NCBI GenBank assembly: GCA_963829525.1
Contig: CAWHIJ010000003.1
Span: 32,001-96,000, forward strand
Origin: an uncultured Actinomycetota bacterium
Lineage (GTDB): Bacteria; Actinomycetota; Actinomycetes; JAHEKZ01
DNA: 64,000 nt
Direction: 5' to 3'
Made by a program: the position numbers and the translations under genes. The notes beneath the pieces were generated by a model that did no database searches, was not told the DNA's origin, and saw only the letters and a program-made list of their open reading frames with translations. This document shows, in pieces, positions 1 to 10,007 of this stretch. The stretch's first letter is position 1. Each line of letters starts with the position of its first letter.

Positions 1-1427
1 CCAATGACACCCTCAAGAAGCTGCTCGAGTGCGTGACGCTCGACGGCGTCCGCGAGCACCAGGCTGCCTTGCAGAGGATCGCCGACGCCAACGGTGGAAC
101 GCGCGCCGCGGGTACGCCCGGCTACCAAGCCTCGGTCGACTACGCGGCTGGGGTCCTGAGGAGCGCTGGCTACAACGTCACCGTGCAGCCGTTCTCGTAC
201 GTGGGATACGAGCAGCTTGGCCCCAGCACTCTTGAGCAGACCGCACCCGTCAGCGTCTCCTACGTCGAGGACGTCGACTTCCTCACCATGGAATTCTCTG
301 CGTCTGGCGATGTCACCGGGTCGGTCACGGCCGTGGATGTTCAGATCCCGTCACCGGGTGGGTCGACCAGCGGCTGTGAGGCCGCCGACTTCGCCGGGTT
401 CCCGGTCGGCAACATCGCCCTCATCCAGCGGGGCACCTGCTCCTTCGAAGACAAAGCCGAGAATGCGGCGGCCGCCGGAGCAACGGCCGTGATCATCTTC
501 AACGAGGGCAACACCCCTGCTCGCACCGACGTCTTCGGCGGCACACTAGGAGCTGGCTACACCGGCGGCATTCCAGCGGTCAGCACCTCCTACGCCTTGG
601 GCGTCAGCCTGGCCAACACGCCCGGGCTCGTGATGAAGGTCGCCACGGACACCTTCCTGGGCATCATCTCCACCTCCAACGTCCTCGCCGAGTCGCGCGG
701 CGGTAACCCTGCAAACGTCGTCATGGTCGGTGCACACCTCGACTCTGTGGCCGAAGGCCCCGGCATCAACGACAACGGCTCAGGAACCGCGGCCATCCTC
801 GAGACCGCCCAGCAGATGGCGAAGGTGAGCCCGCGCAACAAGGTGCGGTTCGCCCTCTGGGGTGCGGAGGAGGCCGGACTCGTCGGGTCGTACGAGTACG
901 TCTTCGGACTGTCCGACGAGGAGCGAGCCAAGATCGCGATGTACCTCAACTTCGACATGATCGGATCGCCGAACTACGTCCGCTTCGTCTACGACGGAGA
1001 CGGCTCGGCGCTCGGCCTCGAGGGGCCGCCCGGGTCGGGAGCCATCGAGAACTACTTCACCGGCTTCTACACAAGCCGAGGTCTGGCGTCAGAGCCGACG
1101 GCGATCTCCTTCCGCTCCGACTACGCCGCCTTCTTCGACTACGGCATCCCGTTCGGCGGACTTTTCACCGGGGCTGAGGGCATCAAGTCGGCCGCGGAGG
1201 CCGCTACCTACGGCGGCACAGCTGGTGCGGCGTACGACCCTTGCTACCACCTTGCGTGCGACACCTTCGCGAACAACAACGACGCGGTGCTCGGCCTCAA
1301 CAGTGACGCCGTAGCTGCGGCCACGTTGAAGTTCGCGATGAGCACGAGGAGCGTCAACGGCGTCAAGGGCAAGGGCAACTTCCAGCCGCCCGCCCACGAT
1401 GACTACGGCCCGGTTCCGTCCAGCTAA
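1..1427 (+). CDS. M28 family aminopeptidase with PA domain (5' end probably outside window)
   Basis: GAHLDSV, NDNGSG, WGAEEAG, LNFDMIG and DPCYH zinc-binding motifs; PA domain IALIQRGTCSF; frame is open upstream of 33 to the window edge. Confidence 0.9.
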   Translation, partial: NDTLKKLLECVTLDGVREHQAALQRIADANGGTRAAGTPGYQASVDYAAGVLRSAGYNVTVQPFSYVGYEQLGPSTLEQTAPVSVSYVEDVDFLTMEFSASGDVTGSVTAVDVQIPSPGGSTSGCEAADFAGFPVGNIALIQRGTCSFEDKAENAAAAGATAVIIFNEGNTPARTDVFGGTLGAGYTGGIPAVSTSYALGVSLANTPGLVMKVATDTFLGIISTSNVLAESRGGNPANVVMVGAHLDSVAEGPGINDNGSGTAAILETAQQMAKVSPRNKVRFALWGAEEAGLVGSYEYVFGLSDEERAKIAMYLNFDMIGSPNYVRFVYDGDGSALGLEGPPGSGAIENYFTGFYTSRGLASEPTAISFRSDYAAFFDYGIPFGGLFTGAEGIKSAAEAATYGGTAGAAYDPCYHLACDTFANNNDAVLGLNSDAVAAATLKFAMSTRSVNGVKGKGNFQPPAHDDYGPVPSS

Positions 1428-1453
1428 GGCCCCGGACCCACCGACAACGTGTG

Positions 1454-1503
1454 AGTTGGCCGCCCTCATGGGGGCCCATGGGGGCCCATGAGGGCGGTCA
1501 ACT
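1454..1503. terminator. Long inverted repeat between convergent genes (bidirectional terminator or REP-like)
   Basis: AGTTGGCCGCCCTCATGGG ... CCCATGAGGGCGGTCAACT, 19-bp stem with one G-U type mismatch. Confidence 0.6.
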
Positions 1504-1515
1504 ACCGCGCTGTGG

Positions 1516-2340
1516 TCAATTGGCAGGCCACCAGGCCGGCAGGTCGGCCACGGAGTCGAGGACGGCATCGGGCGCGATGCCCCGCTCGAGGTCGGCGGCG
1601 TGGAACTTGCCGGTCTTGACCAGGACGCCCCGCATCCCGGCGTCCTGCGCGCCGCCGACGTCGCCGAACACGTCGTCGCCGATCATCACGATGGCCGGCG
1701 CCGCCAGGCCCAGCCGGTGCGCGGCCGCGTGGAAGAAGCCGGCAGACGGCTTGCCGGTGACCACGGGGGCGGCTCCGCTCGCGAACGCGAGTGCCTGGAC
1801 GAACGGGCCGTTGTCGAGGGTGAGCCCATCGTCGTCCTTCCAGAACCGCGCCATGCCCAGCGCCACCAACACCGGACGCGGGTCCGCCGTGAGCAGCCGG
1901 AAGGCCCTGTTCAGGGTGGCGAAGTCCCACGCCTGCCCGAGGTCGCCGACCACAACGGCGCCGGCTCCGGACTCCGCGTTGGCGGCGACGCGCGGCAGAT
2001 CGCCGAACTCGGCGGCGGTGGCCTCCGGGACGAAGAGCGCCACCGGCGTCCGCCCCTGTTCGGTCAGCCACTCGTGCGCAGCAACGGCCGGCGTCAGAAT
2101 GCGCGCAGGGTCGGCGTTGATGCCGAAGCCGGCGAGCTTGTCGGCGAGATACGAGCGAGGGTGCGACGTCGTATTGGTGACGAACAGATACGGGATGCCG
2201 GCGCCGTCCGCCCACGCAATCACATCAGCGCCGCCAGGGACCGCGGAGTCGCTGACGAAGAAGACTCCGTCAAGGTCGAAGAGCAGCCCTCGGGGCGGGA
2301 GCGCTGCTCTTTGCTCGGGGGACCTCTCCTCGATCTCCAC
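1516..2340 (-). CDS. HAD-superfamily class IIA hydrolase (LHPP/NagD-like)
   Basis: LFDLDGV, VTNTT, GKPS and MIGDD...DV..GA motifs. Confidence 0.9.
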   Translation of the reverse strand: MEIEERSPEQRAALPPRGLLFDLDGVFFVSDSAVPGGADVIAWADGAGIPYLFVTNTTSHPRSYLADKLAGFGINADPARILTPAVAAHEWLTEQGRTPVALFVPEATAAEFGDLPRVAANAESGAGAVVVGDLGQAWDFATLNRAFRLLTADPRPVLVALGMARFWKDDDGLTLDNGPFVQALAFASGAAPVVTGKPSAGFFHAAAHRLGLAAPAIVMIGDDVFGDVGGAQDAGMRGVLVKTGKFHAADLERGIAPDAVLDSVADLPAWWPAN

Positions 2341-2343
2341 GTC

Positions 2344-3627
2344 CTACCCCGAAGGTACCGGCGTCCGTTTGAGTCGCCGGACGTCGGCATCAGGTGGGTC
2401 TGCCACCCCTCGGTAGACGTAAGCGCCGGCGATGAAGGCCAGCGTCACCCAGCCCACGGGTGGGATGAGACCGCCACCGCCGGTGAGCATTCGGTCGATG
2501 GGAAGCGCGAATGCCGCCGCCACCGGGAGCATCCACGTCGGGTCGAACGGCAGTTGGACCACGGACCTGACCCAGCTGAACAGCAGAACGAGCATGATCG
2601 CTGCTGCCAGCGCTGCCACCAGGACACCACCGCGCAACCAGGCATCGACCACGAAGTTGTGAGAGCTCTCCCCCGCGGTGTCGATCCCGCCAGTCCAGAA
2701 GCCCTCTTTGATGTTCGCGAAGGCCTGGTCGTAGAGCCCTCCCCTGGCCTGGTACGACGACGTGTCCTGGGTGAATCTGACCCATATGATGCGCCCGACC
2801 CCCGACACGACGAACACAACGAGCACGAGTGCAGCGCCCACCGCAACGCTCATTTGACGCCGCGTCACCTCGCCCAGACGCGCGGACCGCCAGAGACTGA
2901 GCAGCGGCCAGATCGCGGCGGCGAGAAGGACGGCGCGACTCATCGAGATCAGCAGCAAGAGTGTGCCAACCACCATCGCGGCCCGACGGATGTTGCGGCT
3001 CGTGCCAGACCCCGGTGCGAGGCCCTCCGCCCAAGCCGACACGTACATCGCTGCCAGCACCGCCCCGAAGACCTCGTGGCGGATGTTGCCGCGAACCGTC
3101 TCGGCGTCGTAGCCGTAGCCAGCGAAGCTGGAGCGAAACAGCTCTTTCTGCAGCAGCTCAGGGTCGGCAGCGGCGATGCTTCGCTGCACCACCGCGATCG
3201 GGTTGACTCCATTGCCCACCATCGAAATGGCAAACGCGGCAACAAGGCACACCACCGCCGCGGTCGCCGACCAACGAAGCAGGGTCAACGCACCCGGCTC
3301 CTCGCCAGTCGCTGCACGCCCCATGTAGGTGCCGAGCGCGATGAACACACCGAGGTAGAGGAGCACCTGAATCGCAGTGCGTGGGATCTGCCCGTTGTAG
3401 AGCGAGACGGCCATCCACGACACGATCATCAAGACATTGAGGGCGATGAAGGGCAGCGCCACCGCGATCACGGCCTGCGTCGACCGCAGTGGACGCGCTG
3501 CCACCACGATGGCTGCCACGAGCAGGAGCACCGCTTGGTGCAGGCGTATCTGACCCACCGGGGAGCCCGCGACCACGAACCACTGCAGGGGGAGGGCAGC
3601 GAACACCACAAGGCCGAGCCACCTCAT
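2344..3627 (-). CDS. Polytopic membrane protein, O-antigen polymerase/ligase (Wzy/WaaL)-like
   Basis: About 10 TM segments, SMSRAVLL and SHN motifs, EPS context; start inferred at MRWLGL. Confidence 0.6.
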   Translation of the reverse strand: MRWLGLVVFAALPLQWFVVAGSPVGQIRLHQAVLLLVAAIVVAARPLRSTQAVIAVALPFIALNVLMIVSWMAVSLYNGQIPRTAIQVLLYLGVFIALGTYMGRAATGEEPGALTLLRWSATAAVVCLVAAFAISMVGNGVNPIAVVQRSIAAADPELLQKELFRSSFAGYGYDAETVRGNIRHEVFGAVLAAMYVSAWAEGLAPGSGTSRNIRRAAMVVGTLLLLISMSRAVLLAAAIWPLLSLWRSARLGEVTRRQMSVAVGAALVLVVFVVSGVGRIIWVRFTQDTSSYQARGGLYDQAFANIKEGFWTGGIDTAGESSHNFVVDAWLRGGVLVAALAAAIMLVLLFSWVRSVVQLPFDPTWMLPVAAAFALPIDRMLTGGGGLIPPVGWVTLAFIAGAYVYRGVADPPDADVRRLKRTPVPSG

Positions 3628-3842
3628 CTGCCACCTCCCACCAAGAACGTCCTCTGCCGACGGCTGCCTGGACAGAAGGGTAGCGACGCACCAGCGCCAG
3701 CGACGACGCGATCGCCACGCTGGCGGCTGAATGGATGAACGCCAGCCGGATCGGGCGCCGACGTGCAACCAGGGCCGTATACGCTTGTCGGGACTCACCT
3801 CTCCGTCCGGTGAGGACTGGACGAAGTTCATGGGGGACCACG

Positions 3843-5534
3843 ATGGGCAGCGACGCCATCAATCTGCGCGATCAGGTGGCGACCCTTCGCCGCCGGTGGC
3901 GCTGGCTGGTGCTGTGCAGCGTTGGTGGCATGCTCCTGGCACTGGCGGCATCCTTCGCACAGCCCACGCTCTACAAAAGCAGCACCAGCCTTGAGATCTC
4001 GCCCGTAACGGCCGCCCAGACGGCCAGCAACGGCCTCGTAATGCAGCCTGCCGAGATCGCTACCCAGCTGCAGGTGCTGCAGTCCACCCCGGTGGCCGAG
4101 CGTGTGATCGCGCGCCTGAACTTGGACGTCTCGTCCTCACGGCTGCTGAACTCCGTCGAAGCAACTCAGGACACCGAGGCGCGGGTCATCTCCATGACCG
4201 CAACGCAGCCGACTGCATCGCAGGCGCAGAAGGTTGCGTCAGCGTTCGCCGAGGAGTACCTGAGCTTCCGGGTGGAACAGGCAAATCAGGCAACCGAAGA
4301 CGCCCAGGCCGCTTTGCAGGATGCAGCCACTGCCACACGCAAGCAGTTGGCTGACATCGAGATCAAGCTCGCGACCGCCACCGACGCCGAGCGAGCACAG
4401 CTTCAGAGCGAACAGCAGGCATTGCTCGTCGAGCTCACTCAGATCCTGAGCGATCAGGCGACGGCATCGGTCAACTCCCCCGGTGCCCTTGGCGGAGGAG
4501 GCCAAGTCCTCGTCCCGGCGTCACTCCCGGGCGGTCCCTCCGAACCCCGCCCGGTGCGTTCGGCCATGCTTGGCCTCTTCCTCGGGCTGCTGCTCGGCAT
4601 CGTTCTGGCCTTCGTTCGCGATCACTTTGACGATGCCGTGCGCGACGAGGCCCGCTTGCGTGAGGCGATTACGCCACTACCTGTTCTCGGTCGTATTCCT
4701 CGCTGGGCCAACGCCAAGAGCGGCCGGTTGGCCACCGTATTGGAGCCCGGAGCACATATCAGTGAGGCGTACCGCGCGCTCACCATCAACGTTCGGTTCC
4801 TGTTAGCCGTCGCCAAGGATCGCCACGGGACGCCGGTAGCCGCAGGTTTGGATGTGCCACTGTCGAAAGCTCGGCGGCAGCTTCCGCTGAATCGAGGGGG
4901 CAAGGTGCTCCTGGTGACGTCGGCGACAGAAGCAGAGGGCAAGACCTCACTTGCCAGCAACCTCGCGGTCGTAGCCGCCCAGTTCGGCCTGAAGGTGATT
5001 GTGGTCGACGCCGACCTGCGCAGCCCGAAACTGGCCAGCGTATTCGGGCTCGGTCGCCCTCCCGGGCTATCGGACCTCCTGGCAACCGACGACGACGTGG
5101 ACGACTACCTCGTCGAGGTCGAGACCCTGAAAGTGCTCGCCGGCGGCAGCCTGGCGCCCAACCCAGCCGAACTGCTTGCGTCACCGCGCATGCACCAGAT
5201 CCTGACCACCCTGGCATCTCGCGCCGACCTCGTGATCGTCGACTCTGCTCCCACGACAAGGGTTGCCGACGCTCTTGAGCTCGTCGCCGTCAGCGACCTG
5301 GTGCTGTTGAGCGTTCGGCACGCTCAAACCCGGCTGCGTTCCCTGCACGAGGCAATCGATCGGATCAAGCAGGTCGGCGGTGAGGTGTCCGGCGTCGTCT
5401 ACGTCGACGTCCCGTCGCGCTCAGCCCCCGAGGCTTATGGGTACGGTCAGAACTACGCTCCGGATAGCCGCGCGACCGATCCCGATAGCCGCGCGACCGA
5501 CCCCGATAGCCGCGCGACCGACGACCCCGAGTAG
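3843..5534 (+). CDS. Polysaccharide biosynthesis tyrosine autokinase (Wzz+Wzc-like), copy 1
   Basis: N-terminal Wzz TM, EAYRALTIN, Walker A TEAEGKT, VDADLR, PNPAELL, VIVDSAP, C-terminal AYGYGQNY. Confidence 0.9.
   Translation: MGSDAINLRDQVATLRRRWRWLVLCSVGGMLLALAASFAQPTLYKSSTSLEISPVTAAQTASNGLVMQPAEIATQLQVLQSTPVAERVIARLNLDVSSSRLLNSVEATQDTEARVISMTATQPTASQAQKVASAFAEEYLSFRVEQANQATEDAQAALQDAATATRKQLADIEIKLATATDAERAQLQSEQQALLVELTQILSDQATASVNSPGALGGGGQVLVPASLPGGPSEPRPVRSAMLGLFLGLLLGIVLAFVRDHFDDAVRDEARLREAITPLPVLGRIPRWANAKSGRLATVLEPGAHISEAYRALTINVRFLLAVAKDRHGTPVAAGLDVPLSKARRQLPLNRGGKVLLVTSATEAEGKTSLASNLAVVAAQFGLKVIVVDADLRSPKLASVFGLGRPPGLSDLLATDDDVDDYLVEVETLKVLAGGSLAPNPAELLASPRMHQILTTLASRADLVIVDSAPTTRVADALELVAVSDLVLLSVRHAQTRLRSLHEAIDRIKQVGGEVSGVVYVDVPSRSAPEAYGYGQNYAPDSRATDPDSRATDPDSRATDDPE
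5460..5522 (+). repeat. 3 x 21-bp in-frame tandem repeat (PDSRATD) at Wzc C-terminus
   Basis: GATAGCCGCGCGACCGA at 5463, 5484, 5505. Confidence 0.9.
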
Positions 5535-5562
5535 AAGTCGGGCGACGCCCAGGAACGAACCT

Positions 5563-6096
5563 TCACGCCAGGCGCAGTGCCATGCGATGCGCCAAGTCTG
5601 CGACTTGATCGATGCAATCCCGCATGCGAGCTGCCGACGGACCCAACGGGTCGGACACATCTTCGGGGAGGGGACCGGCCTTCACCCTGGGCCGCTGCTG
5701 ATGGGCAGCTTTGATCAACCTCACCAGGTCCTCGTCGAACTCGGACAAGGGCGGAATGGATTCGAGCAACCGAACGAGCTCTGCGAAGGTGAACGTCCGC
5801 GGGATGGCCGACGGCAGCATTCCCTGCAGGGAATCGCGATGCGCCTCCGTCATCCCCACGATCAGGGTGCTTTCCCTGAGATCGTCTTGGGTCAAAGGGC
5901 GCGACCGGTGTTTGGACAAGTCCAACACATATCGCCGCAGCTGCTGGAGTGCCTCGACCGGCGTTTCCTTGCCCTCGACGGCGCCAAGACCCGCACTGTC
6001 GACCACACACTCGAGGTCGAACGCCCTCGACAGAGCTGCCGCCGCAACCGGACTGCGCACCAAGTTCGCCGTGCAGACGAACAGAATCCGGTTCAC
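5563..6096 (-). CDS. Low-molecular-weight protein tyrosine phosphatase (Wzb-like)
   Basis: ILFVCTANLVRS CX5R loop, VDSAG, HRSRPL, DP motif; GTG start overlaps stop of upstream GH gene. Confidence 0.85.
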   Translation of the reverse strand: MNRILFVCTANLVRSPVAAAALSRAFDLECVVDSAGLGAVEGKETPVEALQQLRRYVLDLSKHRSRPLTQDDLRESTLIVGMTEAHRDSLQGMLPSAIPRTFTFAELVRLLESIPPLSEFDEDLVRLIKAAHQQRPRVKAGPLPEDVSDPLGPSAARMRDCIDQVADLAHRMALRLA

Positions 6097-7220
6097 CCCC
6101 GTTTGACCCCAGCTAGATAACGCTTCAGGGCGACGGCGGATCGCTTCGGCTTCATCCCGTAAGTAAACAGCCCGTAGTGCCGGTCCTTCTCCGTGCTTGG
6201 CGAACGCTCGTCCCGTGACATATAGACAGACATGCGCGTCACGTAGGGCAGCCTTCGGTCGGTCATCTTGATCATCTCGACGATCCACTTGGCCTGCTGC
6301 CGTTCCGAAACTCCCCCCGAAGCTTTGCCGACGGTCGAGAAGCCGAACTCGGTGAACCAGATATCCGCACGAGCGTCATTATGATTCCGCATGACGTGAC
6401 GCAGCTCGCGCGTGGCCAAGATCCAGCGCGGTGTGCCCCCATTCCATGACCAGCGCGGTGATATGCCGCCGTTGTACGGATGCACGTTGACGACATCAAA
6501 GCAATGCTTGGCGCCGAGCTTGTAGAGGCTGCGAACCCAGTCGACGTTGATACCGCCGGTGCCGGCCAAGACGACCTTGGCTCCTGGCGCACCGCGCTTG
6601 ACGGCTGGATACGCGGCACACAAGAGCTGCTTGTACTCGCGATTCGTGTCCCCCTTCAGGTGGACGTCACCGGCAGCCTCATTCCAGATCTCCCAGGACT
6701 GCACGTCACCGCGGTAGCGCTTGGCCAGATGTGCGATGGCACGAGCGTAGGTCTTCGGATTGTCGGGCAAGTACTTGCTCCCGAGGCCTCCGTTGGCCCA
6801 TCCAGGGGTTCCGAGAAAGGTCACCGAGACCTTCAAGTTGTTCCGCTTAGCAGCCCGGATGACCGAATCAACACGGTCGAACGCCCAAGGGGACCAGCCG
6901 CCGTTCTGCGACGATGGCTTCTTCGGCTGGACCAATGCCCAGGGCAGCCCGATCCGCACCCACCTGGCGTTGACGTTCGAGAGCTTCTTGAACATCTCGC
7001 GTCGCTGGCCCATCGTGCGGTCTCCCCAGAGAGCGTGGTCGACCACTCCCACACTCGGGTGCCGGGCTCCACCACTGGCGGCGCGCTGGACTTCTGCTGT
7101 GCGAGTGCTCTGCTGAGTTGTCACTGCAGCTGAGTTGCCCACAGCTATCTGTGGAACGACGAGAGCGGCTAACAGAAAACCCACCACTGTTAGCGAAAAT
7201 CTGCGGACCGTGGACGTCAT
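6093..7220 (-). CDS. Secreted clan GH-A glycoside hydrolase (GH5/GH39-like)
   Basis: Signal peptide; WEIWNE acid/base, HPY, WFTEFG nucleophile. Confidence 0.85.
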   Translation of the reverse strand: MTSTVRRFSLTVVGFLLAALVVPQIAVGNSAAVTTQQSTRTAEVQRAASGGARHPSVGVVDHALWGDRTMGQRREMFKKLSNVNARWVRIGLPWALVQPKKPSSQNGGWSPWAFDRVDSVIRAAKRNNLKVSVTFLGTPGWANGGLGSKYLPDNPKTYARAIAHLAKRYRGDVQSWEIWNEAAGDVHLKGDTNREYKQLLCAAYPAVKRGAPGAKVVLAGTGGINVDWVRSLYKLGAKHCFDVVNVHPYNGGISPRWSWNGGTPRWILATRELRHVMRNHNDARADIWFTEFGFSTVGKASGGVSERQQAKWIVEMIKMTDRRLPYVTRMSVYMSRDERSPSTEKDRHYGLFTYGMKPKRSAVALKRYLAGVKRG

Positions 7221-7449
7221 GGTCGACTCCTCACCATCGGGATCGGCGCGTTCACTGGCTGTTTCGGAAGTGACTACCGTAGCAATCCTCAATCAATGCC
7301 CGATTTGTCCCGCCTGCCGCACACGGACAGTGGCTGCCGCCTAGCGCTCGGCGATCACTTTGGCACTCGGGTGGTGGTGCGTGGATCGATCGGGTGATGG
7401 TCTGCTCCCGCGGCACGTGGTCAGCAATGTGTGCGGCAGACTGCAAACC

Positions 7450-8802
7450 ATGCCGAATGCCCGGGGAGCGATGTCACTCGGGCGCGCCATCGTGTGGTTC
7501 GCTGTCGGCTACACCGCCGCAATTGCTGGCTATCTCGGCCTGAGCGCCGCCGCGGGTCGACTCCTCGGGCCAGAGTCGTTCGGCTACTTCGTCATCGCCC
7601 TCACCCTGGCAATGGTCACCGGGCAAATCGGACTTATGGGAGTACATCGGTCGGGATTGCGGGAGGCCGCCCGGCTGGAGCATGACGACGTCGAACAGCT
7701 CGCCGAGCTTCGCCGCGGGGTGCGAGCGGTGGTCCTGGTGTCCTTGCCCGTCGCCGGGGTCATCACCGGTCTGATCGCGTGGTTGTTGGCGGGAAGCCAG
7801 CCCCCGGCAAGCCGAGCTGTGATCGCCCTGAGCGTTACCGCGCTGGTGATCCTCAACGGCCTCCAGAAGCTCTGGGCCAACTACCTTCGCGGCTTTGGCC
7901 AGGTGCGCGTCGCCAGCATGCTCGAAGGCCGATCGGGGGGAGCGGTCGTCGCGCTTCTGCAAGCCGCCATGGTCGTGTTGGTGTGGAAGCTGGTCCCGTC
8001 TTGGGGACTGGCCGGAGCATTGGCTGCGGTGGTTCTTGGTTACGCCATCCCTGTCGGGTACGCGTCAAGTCTGGTCAGGCGTCACTGGAGCCACGCGTCG
8101 TCCTCGACGAAACTGTTCCGCGATCTGCGGCAGGTGGCCCAGCGGGACTGGCGATTTGCCTCCGTCCAGGTGGGGTCGCTGCTGAATGCGAGCGTCGAAG
8201 TGTGGATCGCGGGCCTTGTCCTTACGAGCGTCGACACGTCCATGTTCGGCGCAGCCCAGCGGTTGTCGTTTCTCGTGGCGCTGCCCATGACTGCCCTGCA
8301 GATCGTGTTCTCGCCATCGATCTCCCGGCTCGCCGTATCGGGATCGCCCGCGCAGATGCAGCATGTGCTGCGTACCGGAGCCACACTCGCGACGGGCGCA
8401 ACGTTCGTCGTCGCGCTGCCCCTGCTTGTGGCGCCGGGACCGATCCTGCAGGTGGTCTATGGCCCGGGGTTTCAGGCAGCTGCCACACCCCTGGTCCTCC
8501 TGACCTTCGCCCTTGTTGTCAATGCGTTCACCGGGCTTGCCGGGCTCGCTCTGTCGATGAGTCATCGCGAGGGGGTCGCTGCGAGGGTTCAGTGGGCGGC
8601 TCTTGCTCTGCGCGTGGTACTCGGCACGGCTGCAGCGGAAGCTCTCGGGCTCAATGCACTCGCTGCGAGCGCCTGTCTGGTCTCGTCCGGGATGTTCGTG
8701 TTCATGTGGCGTCGCGCCAAACGCGTGGTGGGCGTCAACACCGCAGTCACGGGCAGGCCCGACCTAGCTGTCCTGAAACACTCCACGGTGGCCAAGGCAT
8801 AA
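7450..8802 (+). CDS. Oligosaccharide flippase (Wzx/MOP family)
   Basis: About 12 TM, RLLGPESFG, FSPSISRL, VYGPGFQAA; start approximate. Confidence 0.85.
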   Translation: MPNARGAMSLGRAIVWFAVGYTAAIAGYLGLSAAAGRLLGPESFGYFVIALTLAMVTGQIGLMGVHRSGLREAARLEHDDVEQLAELRRGVRAVVLVSLPVAGVITGLIAWLLAGSQPPASRAVIALSVTALVILNGLQKLWANYLRGFGQVRVASMLEGRSGGAVVALLQAAMVVLVWKLVPSWGLAGALAAVVLGYAIPVGYASSLVRRHWSHASSSTKLFRDLRQVAQRDWRFASVQVGSLLNASVEVWIAGLVLTSVDTSMFGAAQRLSFLVALPMTALQIVFSPSISRLAVSGSPAQMQHVLRTGATLATGATFVVALPLLVAPGPILQVVYGPGFQAAATPLVLLTFALVVNAFTGLAGLALSMSHREGVAARVQWAALALRVVLGTAAAEALGLNALAASACLVSSGMFVFMWRRAKRVVGVNTAVTGRPDLAVLKHSTVAKA

Positions 8803-8831
8803 GAGCCTTCCCATCCCTAGTGACAGTTGCC

Positions 8832-9827
8832 CTAGTGGCAGTTGACCGTGCCGGAGTCAAGCACCGCACCAGCTTCGGTGACCCACTGGTAGTCGGCCGA
8901 GTTCGGGTGCAGAGTCAGAAACAGCACGCCATAGTCGGCTGTGTTCCTGAAGGCGCTCAACGAACTCGTTGTACCGACGTCGTAATGGCTCTTGCCGCCG
9001 GCCCCGGACGTGAACTCGACGATCCCTCTGGGATCTCCCGTGGCGCCAGCCTCTGAGAGCGGGACGAACCGCTGATACGAGTGCTCATGCCCATTCAAAA
9101 TGATCTCGGCGTCGTCTTGGTACAGCAGGTTCCAAGCCCAGTTCATGTTGGTGACACCAGCGTGCTCACCGTCATTGAACTTCGGGTGGTGCCAGTACGC
9201 GAGGGTGCATTGATCAGTGTTGGCTGCCAGGTCGGCCTTCAACCAGCTGAACTGCGGCTGCGTGCTTCCACACCCACCAATGGCTGCACAGTTGGAGTTC
9301 AGGGACACCAAGTGCCAGTCGCCAATGTCGTACGAGTAGTACCCAGGCGAGGCCGCGTAATCCTTGCTCGCGAAGTAGGAGTAGTACCCCGATGCACCAG
9401 GGGTCTTGTACTCGTGGTTCCCCGGTGTAGGGCGGGTGATGTCGTAGTACGGCGCAAACCATTTGTCATAAGACGTGTTGAAGGCGGATAGATCGCCTAC
9501 TTCGTACTGGAGATCGCCTAGGGCAAGGAAGGCCGCAAGGTCTTTGCCAGCCAGTAGATCCGCAACGTACTTGTGCCGACAGGCGGTGTCCGTTCCGAAA
9601 CCATCCTGAAATGCCGATGACGTTGGCGTGCAGGCAATGTCCCCGACTGCGGCAACCAGTGGGTCGCCGCTTGAACCACCGACTGGGCCGCTGGCGGGCG
9701 AACTGGCAGGACCACTGGCAGGTGAACCGGCCGAGTCACCGGCTGGCGAACCTGTCCGGCTGATCACGAAGGCCGCCGCAGCCAAGACAACCAGTAAGAG
9801 GAGTGCGATCGGGAAAGGCCGCTTCAT
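8832..9827 (-). CDS. Membrane-anchored/secreted calcineurin-like metallophosphoesterase
   Basis: AVGDIA, LGDLQY, PGNHEY, WHHP, NGHEHSY motifs; SPASGP linker. Confidence 0.88.
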   Translation of the reverse strand: MKRPFPIALLLLVVLAAAAFVISRTGSPAGDSAGSPASGPASSPASGPVGGSSGDPLVAAVGDIACTPTSSAFQDGFGTDTACRHKYVADLLAGKDLAAFLALGDLQYEVGDLSAFNTSYDKWFAPYYDITRPTPGNHEYKTPGASGYYSYFASKDYAASPGYYSYDIGDWHLVSLNSNCAAIGGCGSTQPQFSWLKADLAANTDQCTLAYWHHPKFNDGEHAGVTNMNWAWNLLYQDDAEIILNGHEHSYQRFVPLSEAGATGDPRGIVEFTSGAGGKSHYDVGTTSSLSAFRNTADYGVLFLTLHPNSADYQWVTEAGAVLDSGTVNCH

Positions 9828-10007
9828 CGCACGCCCCCTTCGCCGTCATCGTTGCCACCATTGCCAGCGTAGGCAATCGACACCAGTCAGTCGCTAAATC
9901 AATCACCTGGCGGCGGCGGCCCCAGACCATGAGTTACCCTATGGCCGTCAAGGAACACATTCTGTCGCCCGCTAGCTGATTGCGGCGCACGTCAATGGGG
10001 GATCTTC

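Noticed and set aside
1600-3738. 712-aa + strand ORF and similar long ORFs (19501-21045 -, 39423-40937 +, 29728-30828 +, 32538-33686 +)
   Set aside because: Antisense or alternative-frame shadows of motif-supported genes, typical of high-GC DNA.
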